From contig JARYLZ010000005.1 in assembly GCA_029907355.1 (NCBI GenBank), forward strand, positions 5,466-69,465: a stretch of DNA of 64,000 nt, written 5' to 3'. The notes under the pieces are model-generated. The model did no database searches. It was not told the origin of the DNA and saw only the letters and a list, made by a program, of their open reading frames with translations. The stretch is from Bacteroidota bacterium (GTDB lineage: Bacteria > Bacteroidota > Ignavibacteria > SZUA-365). Both the position numbers and the translations under genes were made by a program. Positions 1 through 10,500 of the stretch are shown in pieces; position 1 is the stretch's first letter, and every line of letters starts with the position of its first letter.

Positions 1-207
1 CTCATCGGCGTCGCCACGAGTGTCGTTTCCCTGTATTTTTACCTTCGCGTCATGGTCGTTATGTTTTTCCGACAGCCGGGGGAAAACCAACCTGTGCCGG
101 AGGCAGGCGCGTGGACCATGATCGCGGTCGTCCTCTCGGCCGCGGGCGTCATTGCGCTCGGTCTTTTCCCCGGAACCGTTCTCGATCTCATCACCTCCGT
201 TTTCTAA
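1..207 (+). CDS. 3' end of a polytopic membrane protein with a NuoN (NADH-quinone oxidoreductase subunit N)-like C-terminus. Partial; the start lies outside the window.
   Basis: Frame 1 is open from base 1 to TAA at 205-207. The tail ...SVVSLYFYLRVMVVMFF...GLFPGTVLDLITSVF is hydrophobic and resembles the YYLR-type C-terminus of NuoN/ND2. Only 68 aa are visible. Confidence 0.5.
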   Translation, partial: LIGVATSVVSLYFYLRVMVVMFFRQPGENQPVPEAGAWTMIAVVLSAAGVIALGLFPGTVLDLITSVF

Positions 208-210
208 ACC

Positions 211-1791
211 ATGCTCCCTGTGCTGACCACTCGGGAAATGCGCTCCTGCGATGCAGCGGCGACGGAGCGATATGGCATGCCTTCCCTCCTCCTCATGGAG
301 AATGCGGCCCGCGGTGCGTCCGATGTCGCTCTGCATCTTCTCCGACAGACGGTGGGAAAGAAGGTCCTCGTGCTTTGCGGGAAGGGAAACAACGGCGGCG
401 ACGGTTACGCGATTGCACGCCATCTCGCAAACCGCGGTGCCGAAGTGACCGTTTTATCGCTCGCGCCGGTCGAAGGCCTCGCCGGTGATGCACACTTGAA
501 TGCGGAAATCGTTTTACGTATAGCGGAAGCGGACGGCACCCTTCAGCTGGGTTCCCTCCACGTCGATCTCGACGATGCGTTGCGGCGGCGACCCGACCTC
601 GTCGTGGATGCCCTGCTCGGCACGGGGCTATCCTCGCCGATTTCGGGCATCGTGGAAAGAGCGATCCGCACCGTCAACGAATCCGGGATCGACGTGCTGG
701 CGGTGGACATTCCTACCGGGATAGACGCCGACACGGGCGAGATTCTGGGAAGCGCCGTTCGCGCGAAAGCAACGGCAACGATGGGGGCCTGGAAAACGGG
801 ACTCCTCCTCGGTGAGGGCCGTATTCATGCCGGCAGAGTGGAAGTCGTCGATATCGGCGTCCCACGAGAGGTGTATTCGCGTTTCGGTGGGAACACATTC
901 CTCCCCAGTGCGGAGGATGTTTTCTCCCGACTTCCCCATCGCCGTTTCGACGCCCACAAATACCGCGTCGGGAGCGTATTCGGCTTAGTGGGTTCGATCG
1001 GGATGACCGGTGCCGGCGTTCTCGCGGGCGAAGCCGCGCTTCGGTCGGGATGCGGGATCGTACACCTCGGCGTACCGGCACCACTCAACACGATCTTCGA
1101 GGAAAAGCTGACGGAAGTTCTCACTGTGCCTCTGCCGTCGACGCCCTCCGCATCCCTCGCCCGGGAAGGACTCCCCGAGATTCTCGGACGCATGCAGGCC
1201 GCGACAGTCGCAATGATCGGACCCGGCTTATCCCGACAGGAAGAGACACTCGAACTCGTGCGTACGGTCATCGCCACAGCCCCGGTTCCGCTCGTTCTCG
1301 ATGCCGATGCACTCTACGCTCTCATCGGGCAGCTCGATGTCTTGCGTTCTTCCGCCACCCCGAAAGTGCTCACCCCTCACACGGGCGAGTTCTCCCGCCT
1401 TCTCGAACGCTCTTGCAGCGAGATCGAACGGCATCGCATCGACGTCTCCCGCGCATTCGCCGTCGAGCATGGTGTGGTTCTCACCTTGAAGGGTGCACCC
1501 ACCGTGACAGCAGGTCCCGACGGGTCGGTCTGGGTGAATACGACAGGGAACCCGGGAATGGCCACCGCTGGATGCGGGGACGTCCTGACCGGCATGATCG
1601 CAGGCTTGATGGCGCAGGGAATGACGAGTCTCGACGCTGCTCGTTGCGGTGTCTGGCTGCACGGGAAAGCAGGCGACATCGCCTCGAGCCGCCGTGGTCG
1701 ACGCGGCATGCTGGCTGGGGATATCCTACACCATATCCCCGATGCGTTCCTTCCGCATCCCGGCGAGAACGAACCGGAAACGCATGAATGA
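211..1791 (+). CDS. nnr: Bifunctional NAD(P)H-hydrate repair enzyme (epimerase plus ADP-dependent dehydratase)
   Basis: 526-aa ORF. The N-terminal YjeF-N motif is LCGKGNNGGDGY. The C-terminal carbohydrate-kinase motif is TAGCGDVLTGMIAG. ATG at 211 lies 3 nt after the upstream stop. Confidence 0.9.
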   Translation: MLPVLTTREMRSCDAAATERYGMPSLLLMENAARGASDVALHLLRQTVGKKVLVLCGKGNNGGDGYAIARHLANRGAEVTVLSLAPVEGLAGDAHLNAEIVLRIAEADGTLQLGSLHVDLDDALRRRPDLVVDALLGTGLSSPISGIVERAIRTVNESGIDVLAVDIPTGIDADTGEILGSAVRAKATATMGAWKTGLLLGEGRIHAGRVEVVDIGVPREVYSRFGGNTFLPSAEDVFSRLPHRRFDAHKYRVGSVFGLVGSIGMTGAGVLAGEAALRSGCGIVHLGVPAPLNTIFEEKLTEVLTVPLPSTPSASLAREGLPEILGRMQAATVAMIGPGLSRQEETLELVRTVIATAPVPLVLDADALYALIGQLDVLRSSATPKVLTPHTGEFSRLLERSCSEIERHRIDVSRAFAVEHGVVLTLKGAPTVTAGPDGSVWVNTTGNPGMATAGCGDVLTGMIAGLMAQGMTSLDAARCGVWLHGKAGDIASSRRGRRGMLAGDILHHIPDAFLPHPGENEPETHE

Positions 1792-2191
1792 TCGGCACCG
1801 CTTGACCGCCACCGCCTTCGCCGTGGGGTGGTCTTTCGTTATCCTCGTGGCGCTTCTGCTGCCGGGGAGTTCCCTCCCCGACCTCTCATATCGTCCGTTG
1901 GGACTGTCCCTGAATACGCTCGCTCACGTCGTTCTTTTCTTCATACACGCTCTATCACTGTGGACCGCCGTCCCGACATGGTTCGGCCGATGGGCACACC
2001 GTCTCCCCCTCAAAGCGGCGATGGTCGCCCTCTTTTCCATTGCATTCGGAGCGCTGACGGAACTCCTTCAATACACGGCTATCGACCGCCACGCAGATGC
2101 CGCTGATGTCTGTGCCGACGCAGCGGGGGTATTTCTGTTCTTGGGGACAGCTCTCCTCGCGTATACCCGCGTATCTCCAGACAACCGATGA
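1784..2191 (+). CDS. VanZ-like family membrane protein
   Basis: Internal ATG at 1784 (MNDRHRLTATAFAVGWSFVILVALLL...) overlaps the nnr stop by 8 nt. It has four hydrophobic segments and a VanZ-type C-terminal pattern, ELLQYTAIDRHADAADVCADAAGVFLF. Confidence 0.65.
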   Translation: MNDRHRLTATAFAVGWSFVILVALLLPGSSLPDLSYRPLGLSLNTLAHVVLFFIHALSLWTAVPTWFGRWAHRLPLKAAMVALFSIAFGALTELLQYTAIDRHADAADVCADAAGVFLFLGTALLAYTRVSPDNR

Positions 2192-2313
2192 AGCGGGTCA
2201 CCCGCTCGCATGCGCCTTCTCTCTCGACGCCCCACGGTTTATGCACGTGGGCTGTTTTTCCCGGACGAGGATGATCGGTCAAGCGGCGTTCATGGACGCC
2301 CCGATCTTCGCGC

Positions 2314-2427
2314 TCAGAATGCCCCGGCGATTTTCAGAACGACGAGGATGAGAACGATAACGATGACACCCATCAACAGGGTCAACTCTCTCGGGAAACG
2401 GACGTTCCCTCTCTCTTGATCGGACAT
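2314..2427 (-). CDS. Small single-pass membrane protein (37 aa), hypothetical
   Basis: The product is MSDQERGNVRFPRELTLLMGVIVIVLILVVLKIAGAF. A GGAGAA Shine-Dalgarno-like sequence lies just upstream of the ATG at 2427. About 70% of codon third positions are G/C, counted by hand, similar to confident genes here. Confidence 0.35.
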   Translation of the reverse strand: MSDQERGNVRFPRELTLLMGVIVIVLILVVLKIAGAF

Positions 2428-3408
2428 GGTGTTCTCCTGGTCGATTCTCGTACTGTTTCCGACAAATGATCTTGGAGAGATGCAACCACCTCCGGGGCGG
2501 GGCACGAGACCCGAAAGAGTTCACGACCGCAGATGACGGTTTGTCTTCGGCTAGGATGGGATGGAAACAATTTTCGCGGGGAAAATAGGAAACGACTTCC
2601 GTGACAACTCGCCGGTGGTAACAACGATGTTGCGTTTCGAGTGCGACGGGACACATCTGTCGCCTCGGCTCCTCTCTTTCGGGTATAGGATCCGAGGGGG
2701 TGGAACAAACGAGAACGGCATTGCCCCGTTCGAGCTGTGCATCGTTTCGCTGAAGGCTGAAAAACGAAGTTCCGAGGAACGTGACGATCAGCGAGATGAA
2801 CGTCACCGCACGGCTCGTTATGAAGAAATATTCCCTATGAAGTTTCACGACAGCGATATCTTCGTGTCCCACCGAGCGCTTCATTTCCATCTCGATACCG
2901 GGTGATCGACTACGGGGAACGACCGGCATATGACGTCGAAGAAGGCATGGCGTCTCGAAAAGTGAAGAGAAAAATGCTCTTTCCCCTTGATGAGCCACCC
3001 TTCGACGTTATGAGTGAAGATACGAAAGAAATCCGCCTGTATTTCTCACGCACGAGCGTGACGATCCATTTTTTCTCATCCATCTCCACGAGGGAAATGC
3101 CCGAACCGCATCAACCGTCGCGTCATGACCTGCGAGCAGCTCATGCGGGTACGAACTTTTCCTCGTTTCGTCTCGTTTCGAAAGACAACAGATCACGATT
3201 CGAAAACTTCGCCTCGAGAGAGCCGGCATCTCCCGTGAACAGGTCTGCTTCCGACTCATGCGGAGCGGTGAGATTATCCTTTGCCGTCATTCCGCTGGAA
3301 ACGGACCTTTCTCGTGGCGAGTGTACTCCTCGCACGCTGGACAATACGATCTCACATCGGACTCCCGCCAAAGAAGATCGCCGGGATGCACGGGACCGCG
3401 CATGTCGA

Positions 3409-4491
3409 TCAATTGTGCCGGATGAGGATGATATCCCCGTCGCGAACGATATACTCCTTCCCTTCCAACCGCCAGTGCCCGTGCTCCTTGCATGCCGCGA
3501 TCGAACCGTATCGCATGAAATCGTCGAAGTGGACAACTTCCGCGCGGATGAATCGCTGCATCAAGTCCGTGTGGATGACTCCGGCGGCCTCGTGCACGCT
3601 CGCGCCGTCTCGGAGAGTCCAAGCCCTGCATTCCTCGTCCCCGCACGTCAGGAACGATATGAGCCCTAAGGAACGATAGGCCGAGGCGATGATGCGGGAT
3701 AGGGCGGATTCCTTAATCCCGTATTCCGCCATGAACGCTTCTGCGTCCTCGTCAGGCAATTGCGCGAGTTCCATCTCGATTTTCCCGAAAAAAGCATCGA
3801 CCTCGAGGCCGGAGCCATCGTACGCTCGGCGGACGGCCTCGACGGCTGCATCGTGCTCGCCGATATCGTCGTCTTGCATGTTCAGCAGGGCGAGGAGAGG
3901 TTTCTCGCTGAGGAATTGGAAACCCTTGACGACTTTCTTTTCCGTCGGATCCAGCGAGAGAGTCCTGAGCGGGCGTTCTTCTTCGAGCCACACCTTACCT
4001 TTTTCCAGAATATGAAGTTCATAAACGAGCCGCTCATCCTTCGCTTTCAGGAGCTGTTTGCGGATCCTTTCGATCCGATTCTCGATCATCGAGAGATCCG
4101 AGAGTATGAACTCGGTTTCGAGAATGCGGATATCCCGTACCGGGTCGAGTGAACCTTCTGGATGGGGGTACTGGGGGTCGTCCCAGCGGCGAACGACATG
4201 GATCAGTGCATCGTTCGTTTTGACATTGGCGAGAAAACCCTGGGTAAACTGTGTCGAATCCCTGTCGCCCTTCTTCAAGCCGACGACATCGACGAACTCG
4301 ATGGAGGTATAGGATTTCTTTCGCGGTTTAAACACTTCGGCAAGGGCGTCCACCCTCGGATCAGGGACTTTGACTGTGACGATATTCGCCTGCTGGCGGT
4401 GCATGGCCGCTTCATCGAGATGCGTGTGCGCCAATGTCTGGAAGAGAGTGGTTTTCCCGCTCAGAGGAAGACCGACGATTCCTATCTGCAT
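3409..4491 (-). CDS. ychF: Redox-regulated ATPase YchF (Obg-like GTPase family)
   Basis: MQIGIVGLPLSGKTTLFQTL contains a P-loop. The C-terminal TGS-like end is GKEYIVRDGDIILIRHN. AAGGAGA precedes the ATG at 4491. The longer ORF-track start at 4575 adds a non-homologous leader. Confidence 0.9.
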   Translation of the reverse strand: MQIGIVGLPLSGKTTLFQTLAHTHLDEAAMHRQQANIVTVKVPDPRVDALAEVFKPRKKSYTSIEFVDVVGLKKGDRDSTQFTQGFLANVKTNDALIHVVRRWDDPQYPHPEGSLDPVRDIRILETEFILSDLSMIENRIERIRKQLLKAKDERLVYELHILEKGKVWLEEERPLRTLSLDPTEKKVVKGFQFLSEKPLLALLNMQDDDIGEHDAAVEAVRRAYDGSGLEVDAFFGKIEMELAQLPDEDAEAFMAEYGIKESALSRIIASAYRSLGLISFLTCGDEECRAWTLRDGASVHEAAGVIHTDLMQRFIRAEVVHFDDFMRYGSIAACKEHGHWRLEGKEYIVRDGDIILIRHN

Positions 4492-4543
4492 GTCCGATCT
4501 CGTCTCCTTGTGAAAAATCCCAAATGTGAAACCGTCTCCCGTC

Positions 4544-7500
4544 TCACTTGACGACGTCGAGCCTCCGCACGACACGTTGCGATGGGGTGGTCAAGACACA
4601 GAGATAAACTCCGGACGAAAGTTCAGAGGCATCGAAAACGACGGAGTAGGACCCGGGCGCTTTTCTCCCCTCGGCGAGCACGGCGATGCGCTTGCCGAGA
4701 ACGTCGAGCACGACGAGTTCCACGTGCCCCTCTTCGATACATGTGTATTCGATGTGCGTTGTGGCGTTGAACGGATTCGGCCGGTTTCTCAGGAGCAGGG
4801 GTCCCCCTTTGTCGTCGAACAAACGCGGCCCCCCTTCTTCGCAAATGCGCAAACGGAATTCCCCGTCCCTTGTCTGCACGACGACACTTTCATCGTCCCA
4901 TTGAAAGCGCTGGAAAACGAGCGGTGTCGATGGGACAGGGCCGAGCATAGCCATGGCCGGGAACCGGAAGACGGTGTCGGACGATGGGTCGTCCTGTGCG
5001 GCGATCGAGACGATCCTCTGGTCGAGACTGTCCCGATATGCATGCTGAAGCGGGAGGAGAAGGTCACGGTGGAAACGAATCTGCGCGGTGAGGCGGTGCA
5101 CGCCGCGGGGGAACCGTACCGACGTATCGAGAGCCAAGGGGATCACGACTCTGGTGCCCGGTTCCGCCGCCATGGTCGGCAGAGAAATCGTCGTAGAAGC
5201 ACGCATGTCTTCGAAGTGGAACGGGGCGGAAACTGCACGGCAGCCGAACTCGTTCGTTACTTCCACGACATACACCGCCCCTTTTCTCCCCACCACCCAA
5301 CGCTGAATTTCACCCGCGAGGAGAGAACCGTTCTCGAACCAACGATACGCGGATGCAGGGGGCGCCATAAGCGTATCGCCATTGCGATGGATTGTCGGAA
5401 CCGCCGGAAGGGGGTGAACGCGTACGAATATCGTGTCCGACCAGCCCGGGCAACGGGACATGCTGTCCGTTTTTACAGCGAACGCACCGCTTCGCCTCAC
5501 GACGATTGTGCGCGTCGTGTCGCCGGAGTTCCATCGATACGCTGCGTATCGGGGGGGGTACGCTTCCAAGACGACACTGTCGCCTTCACAGAACTCGACC
5601 GAGCCGTGCGCGATAACGGCCGGAACGGTTCTCGGCAGGAACGCGACGGACACCCCGGGGGAAATTCCCACGCATCCGGCATCATCCGTCACACGAACCT
5701 GGAGATGAGTGTCCGACCGAATGGTGACGAAACGCGTTGTGTCCCCCGTACTCCACGCATAGGCCCGGTACTTCTCCCCTGCATCGGCGATGACGCTGTC
5801 CCCCATACACACAAATGAATCGGGCAGGCAAGTAATTCGCGGCTGGGGAAGAGGCCGGATGAAGACATGCGCCGTATCCGAAACGCCCTCGCAGCCGGAC
5901 GAATCCCACACGAACACCCAGTAATTTCCGGAAGCCCAGACGGGTATCCTGTTCGTCGTGTCCCCGTTCGACCAGCGATAGCGTTCAAATCCTGCCGGGG
6001 CTTCCACCGTCATCGTGTCGCCTGCACAAAGGAAAGCGTCACCGGAAGGTTTCAATGGGACACGGATTCTATCCCCCGTTTCCACTTCCAGGAAGCCGGT
6101 GTTGCGGCATCCGTCCGGTGAGAGAACCTCCACGAAGACCGTATCCTTTGTCGAAGCGGACCAATGGATCAGCACCGAGTTCGTCCCAGCCCCCGAGACC
6201 ATATCACCACGCGAGACCCGCCACCGGTAGACGGCCCCGTCTAAGAAAGGCACCGTGAAACGCCCTTCTCTGCCCGTGCAAACCGATGAAGGGCCCGTGA
6301 CCTTCGCCATGGGAACCGGGAGCGCAATGACGTCGATCGTATCGGACGTGCCTTCGCAACCAGAGACCGAGTCCGAAACGGTGACCGCATACGAGCCGGT
6401 CGCCCGCACGGCAATGCTGGGCGTTTCGCGCCCATCCGTCCACCGGTAGGAAGCATACCGGTCCAGAACGGCGAGCACGATGCTGTCGCCTTCGCAGAAG
6501 GGGTTCGAACCGATCAGGGATACGATCGGGCGGGGCCGTTCCGAAATGCGAACCCGCACGGGATCCGCCTGCCCACGGCAGCCGTTCGAATCCTCCACGA
6601 GAACGGTATACTCGTGCTCACCGACCGCCTCTCGGATCGTCAGGTTGCGCGTGGTGTCCCCCGTGCTCCATACCCAGCGGCGGAATGCACCGGCATCGAG
6701 GACGATGCTGTCCCCCTCGCACAACGTGAGAGGACCGGAAGGTTGTATGACGGGGACAGGTTTCGGGCTCCATGTCACCACGACGGGGTCGGAGGTACCA
6801 CTGCACCCTTGGGAATCATGGACACGAACGAAGTACCACCCCGGCGAATCGACGGTGATCGCGGTCGATGTGTCGCCCGTGTTCCAGCGATAGGAAACGA
6901 AACCGGAATCCGCCGTGAGAGTAATTTTCTCATCCCCGCAGAGATGGACTTTCCCCGAGGGTTCCACACGTGGGCGCATGGAATCGCCGATTTCCACGGG
7001 AAGGGTGTATTCCGTCCGGCAGAAGCTGCCGAACACCGAAGCGACCACGCGGACGAACCCACTACCGGGCGCTTTCCAGCGGACTCGAGCTGTGTACTCA
7101 CCCGGCTGCGTCAAGAGATCACCACCCTGGACATGCCACGCAATTTCTACGCCCGTCTTCACCAGTGCCCGGTACTCGTACTCCGAGTTCGTACAGACAG
7201 AACTCCTCCCCTGAAGAGTCAATGCAGGACGGGTCCCGAATGAAACCGAGATGATCCGCGAGGAGTCTCTACAACCGGTGGGAGAGGTGACGACCAGGCG
7301 ATACGAACCGGATTCCGTCACGTGAATGCATGTGTTCGTGTCGGACACGATGACGAGAGAATCTCGAAGCCAAGTGTACTGCATATCGGCGACAGGCAGA
7401 GCGTAGAGAAACACCGTATCGCCTTCACAAGGTTCCGCCGGGCTTTCCACTCGCACGGTAGCATCTGGAAGGGAGTCGAAAACGATATCGATCGGCGCGG

Positions 7501-10500
7501 AGTGAGCACGGCACCCATACTTGTCGACCACAAAAATCCCATATCGGCCTGATACACGAACAACGAGCGTATCAGAAACTGCCGGTGCGAATTCCGCACC
7601 GTTGAGCGTCCACATGACGATGCAAGACGGGTCGAAAGATGCACGAAGCGTGATGCTGTCCCCCGAGCATGCCGTGATCCTATCGGCTCGCACACGTGCT
7701 TGAGGCGCAGGTCTTTCATGCACGATCAGGGGCAGAGAGTGGGAAAAACAGCCTGCCTGGCCTCGGAATTCCACGACGTACGTGCCGCCCTCGCGAACGG
7801 TCAGTCCTTCCCCGACCGCCCCGGTGATCGGGCTCCCGTTCCGTAACCATTGGATCGACCAGGCTCCTGGAGGACCGACATGCAATCGAATGCTGTCCCC
7901 GAAACACAGGTCGATCGGTCCCGGCGAATCGAACTGCGGTTGAGGGATCGTTTCCGTCCGTACGACCACAGCGGGGGACGCGGATGTACAACCGAAGCGG
8001 TCGGAAACAACGACGCGGTACGACCCCGGCTCACGGGCAGTGTATCGAGTCCCGATTGCGCCTGGAACATCGAAACCGTCCCGCTGCCATTGACAGCTGA
8101 CACCAACACTCCCTCCTGCAAGGAAAACGATAGAATCGCCATTACAGAGAACGACGGGGCTGCTGGGGGTAACTGTCGCAACCGGCAGGGGATGCACTTC
8201 CACGCGTACGATATCCGATAAGCGTGCGCAACCGGTCGAGGATCTCACCAACGCGCGATACAACCCTTCTTCGCTCACATGGAGAACCGTATCGTTCGCT
8301 CCTACCAATTCCGTACCGTCTCGAAACCACTGAAGCGTGCATCCCGGGGAAACCGATGCCCGCAAGAGAACCGTGTCGCCTTCACAGATTCCTGCCGTCC
8401 CGTAAGGATGGATGGAAATGTCCGGAAGGGGTATTTCCTGGACGAGGATCTGGCGCGACATGAGGGGGCATTTTCCTCTGTTCGAAATGCGAACGGCATA
8501 CGTGCCGCCGGTATGAGCCGTATAGCAGGAATTGTCCGCCCCGGCGATCGGCGTCCCGTTCCGGAACCACTGGTACGTATAGTCGGGTTTGATGACGGCA
8601 CATAACGGTACGCTGTCGCCGGTGCAAAGCACCTGCGAAGAGATGACGGCTAACGAGGTATCGGGAAGCGCATAAATGACGAGATCCCTCCCGTTGTCCG
8701 CACTGGTGAAAGGCGGATTCGAGGAGACGACACGAACTCGGTACGATGAACCGTTCACCGCTGAGGTCGGTATGATCGCTGTGATCGCCCCACTTGTGGT
8801 CGAGGCGAGCTGACCGATCGCAGTTGGAGGGGAGAAATACCCGAGCGGGTTTGAAAGCTGGGCCGTGAAGACGTTGCCAGACAAGAAGTTGCCGGTAGCG
8901 CTAAATGTAATTTGTACTGTTTCTCCAGCGCAAAGGGTGTCCTTGGATACAGCGAGGATATTGATATTGTTCGTTCCGTGCGCCCCATTGAATTTCGCGA
9001 CGAAACCGTCCATCGTGCCCCCCCCGAATGACGGCTGGTGCGAACCGGTCGTGGAAACCGATGCCGGACTGTCCGTCATCCCTCCGATGACGGGAGATCC
9101 GCTCGCATCGACAGCAAGCGAAAACGCCGCGTCTGAACCGCTTCCACCGAGATATGTCCCCCAGAGTTGACCGCCGGATAGCGATATCTTCGCAAGGAAT
9201 GCATCTGGAGCAACGGACAGCGCAAGCTGATGCGCGCCCGGCGTGGATATGCCGTTGAGACTTTCCGTCGTGCCGGTGATGAAAATATCGCCTGCAGCAT
9301 CCATGGCAACGGCAGAGGCCTCATCCCGAAACGCTCCTCCGAAATACGTGCCCCATTGAAGAGAACCGTTCCCCGATAGACGAATGAGGAAGGCATCCCT
9401 GTTCAACTGGTATGAGCTTTGATGCGCCCCGACGGTCGCGATGTCGGTCATACTTGTGGTCCACCCCGAAAGGGCGATAAAGCCGTTATTATCCGTTGCG
9501 ACGCCGAGACCTGCTTCCTCGCCAGGTCCCCCGTAGTATGTCCCCCATAGACGTGCCCCAGATGGCGAAAATTTCGCGACAAAGGCATCGCTCGTACCCT
9601 TCAGAGCAGTGGAGAATGCCCCTATCGATGCAATGCCGTTCGGGCTTTCGGTCGTTCCTGCGAACACGACCGTTCCCGCCGATTCGAGCGATACGGCGTT
9701 CGCCGTCTCCCCCTGAGCACCACCGAAATAACTCGCCCAGGAAAGCGAGCCGATGGGGGTGTACAACGCGATGAACGCGTCATCGTTCCCGCCTCCGAAG
9801 ACGGTTTGATGCGCACCTGCCGTGGCGATGCCCGAGGGGCTCGCCGTTCTCCCGCAAACGGCGATGTCGCCTCCGCTGTTGAGGGAGACACCGCGGCATT
9901 CATCCGTCTCCGGCCCCCCGAAGTATGTCGCCCACTGAAGATAACCGGCCGCATTCATCTTCAGGAGAAACCCATCGTACAAACCGCCTGCAAAGGCGGT
10001 TTGCTGCGCCCCCGCCGTCGCAATGCCGCTCGTGCTCGAGGTCATTCCCGCTACGGCGATGGCATTTGGCGAGCGGGCAGAGACGGCATTCGCGAAATCG
10101 TTTCCCGAACCGCCGAAGTATGTCGCCCAAAGCCGTACGCCGGTCGGGCTGAATCGAACCACGAAGGCATCGGAGGTCCCGGCCAGAGTCGTTTGATAAG
10201 CGCCCGCCGTCGCAATCATCGTGGTGCTCTGCGTCCATCCGCATGCAACGACATTGTTGGTCGGATCCGTTGAGACGCCGAGCACATAGTCGCCGCTCGT
10301 CCCCCCGTAATAGGTCGCCCATTGTATCGTGGGGTCAATGACGAGGTAATCCGGCGAAATGTTCTTCCCCACGGCGAATCGTAGAGTGTTCTTCTTCACG
10401 AGGAAGGATGCCTCGACTGGAGAAGATGGGAAGAATGTGCCACCGCCTGCCGGAGACGAAATGTCCGAAACGTCGAGCTTTCCCATGCAATCCTCCGGCA

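Noticed and set aside
2279-2998. 239-aa minus-strand ORF in the lower-GC region
   Set aside because: Only the first ~60 codons after the internal MEMKRS start look coding. The rest is Arg-rich and overlaps the better small ORF at 2314-2427 in another frame. It may be a decayed gene, so I reported it as a finding rather than a feature.
3287-3403. 38-aa ORF with a CPAC motif starting 5 nt after the ychF stop
   Set aside because: It has a single CxxC motif, no second metal-binding pair and no clear Shine-Dalgarno sequence, so it cannot be distinguished from chance. It is mentioned in the finding on the unassigned region.
2902-3669. 255-aa plus-strand ORF
   Set aside because: Its 3' third is antisense to ychF. 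I saw no recognisable motif and the third-position GC is mediocre.
4526-5818. 430-aa plus-strand ORF antisense to the giant adhesin gene
   Set aside because: It lies entirely inside a minus-strand gene with clear domain content. The translation is Arg/His/Gly/Pro-rich and motif-free, as expected for a shadow ORF in GC-rich DNA.
5205-10330. Periodic sequence repetition that could superficially suggest a repeat array or CRISPR
   Set aside because: The periodicity is about 170-240 nt, the units are diverged, and they are in frame within one long ORF. These are protein-domain repeats. I saw no short identical repeats separated by unique spacers anywhere in the window.
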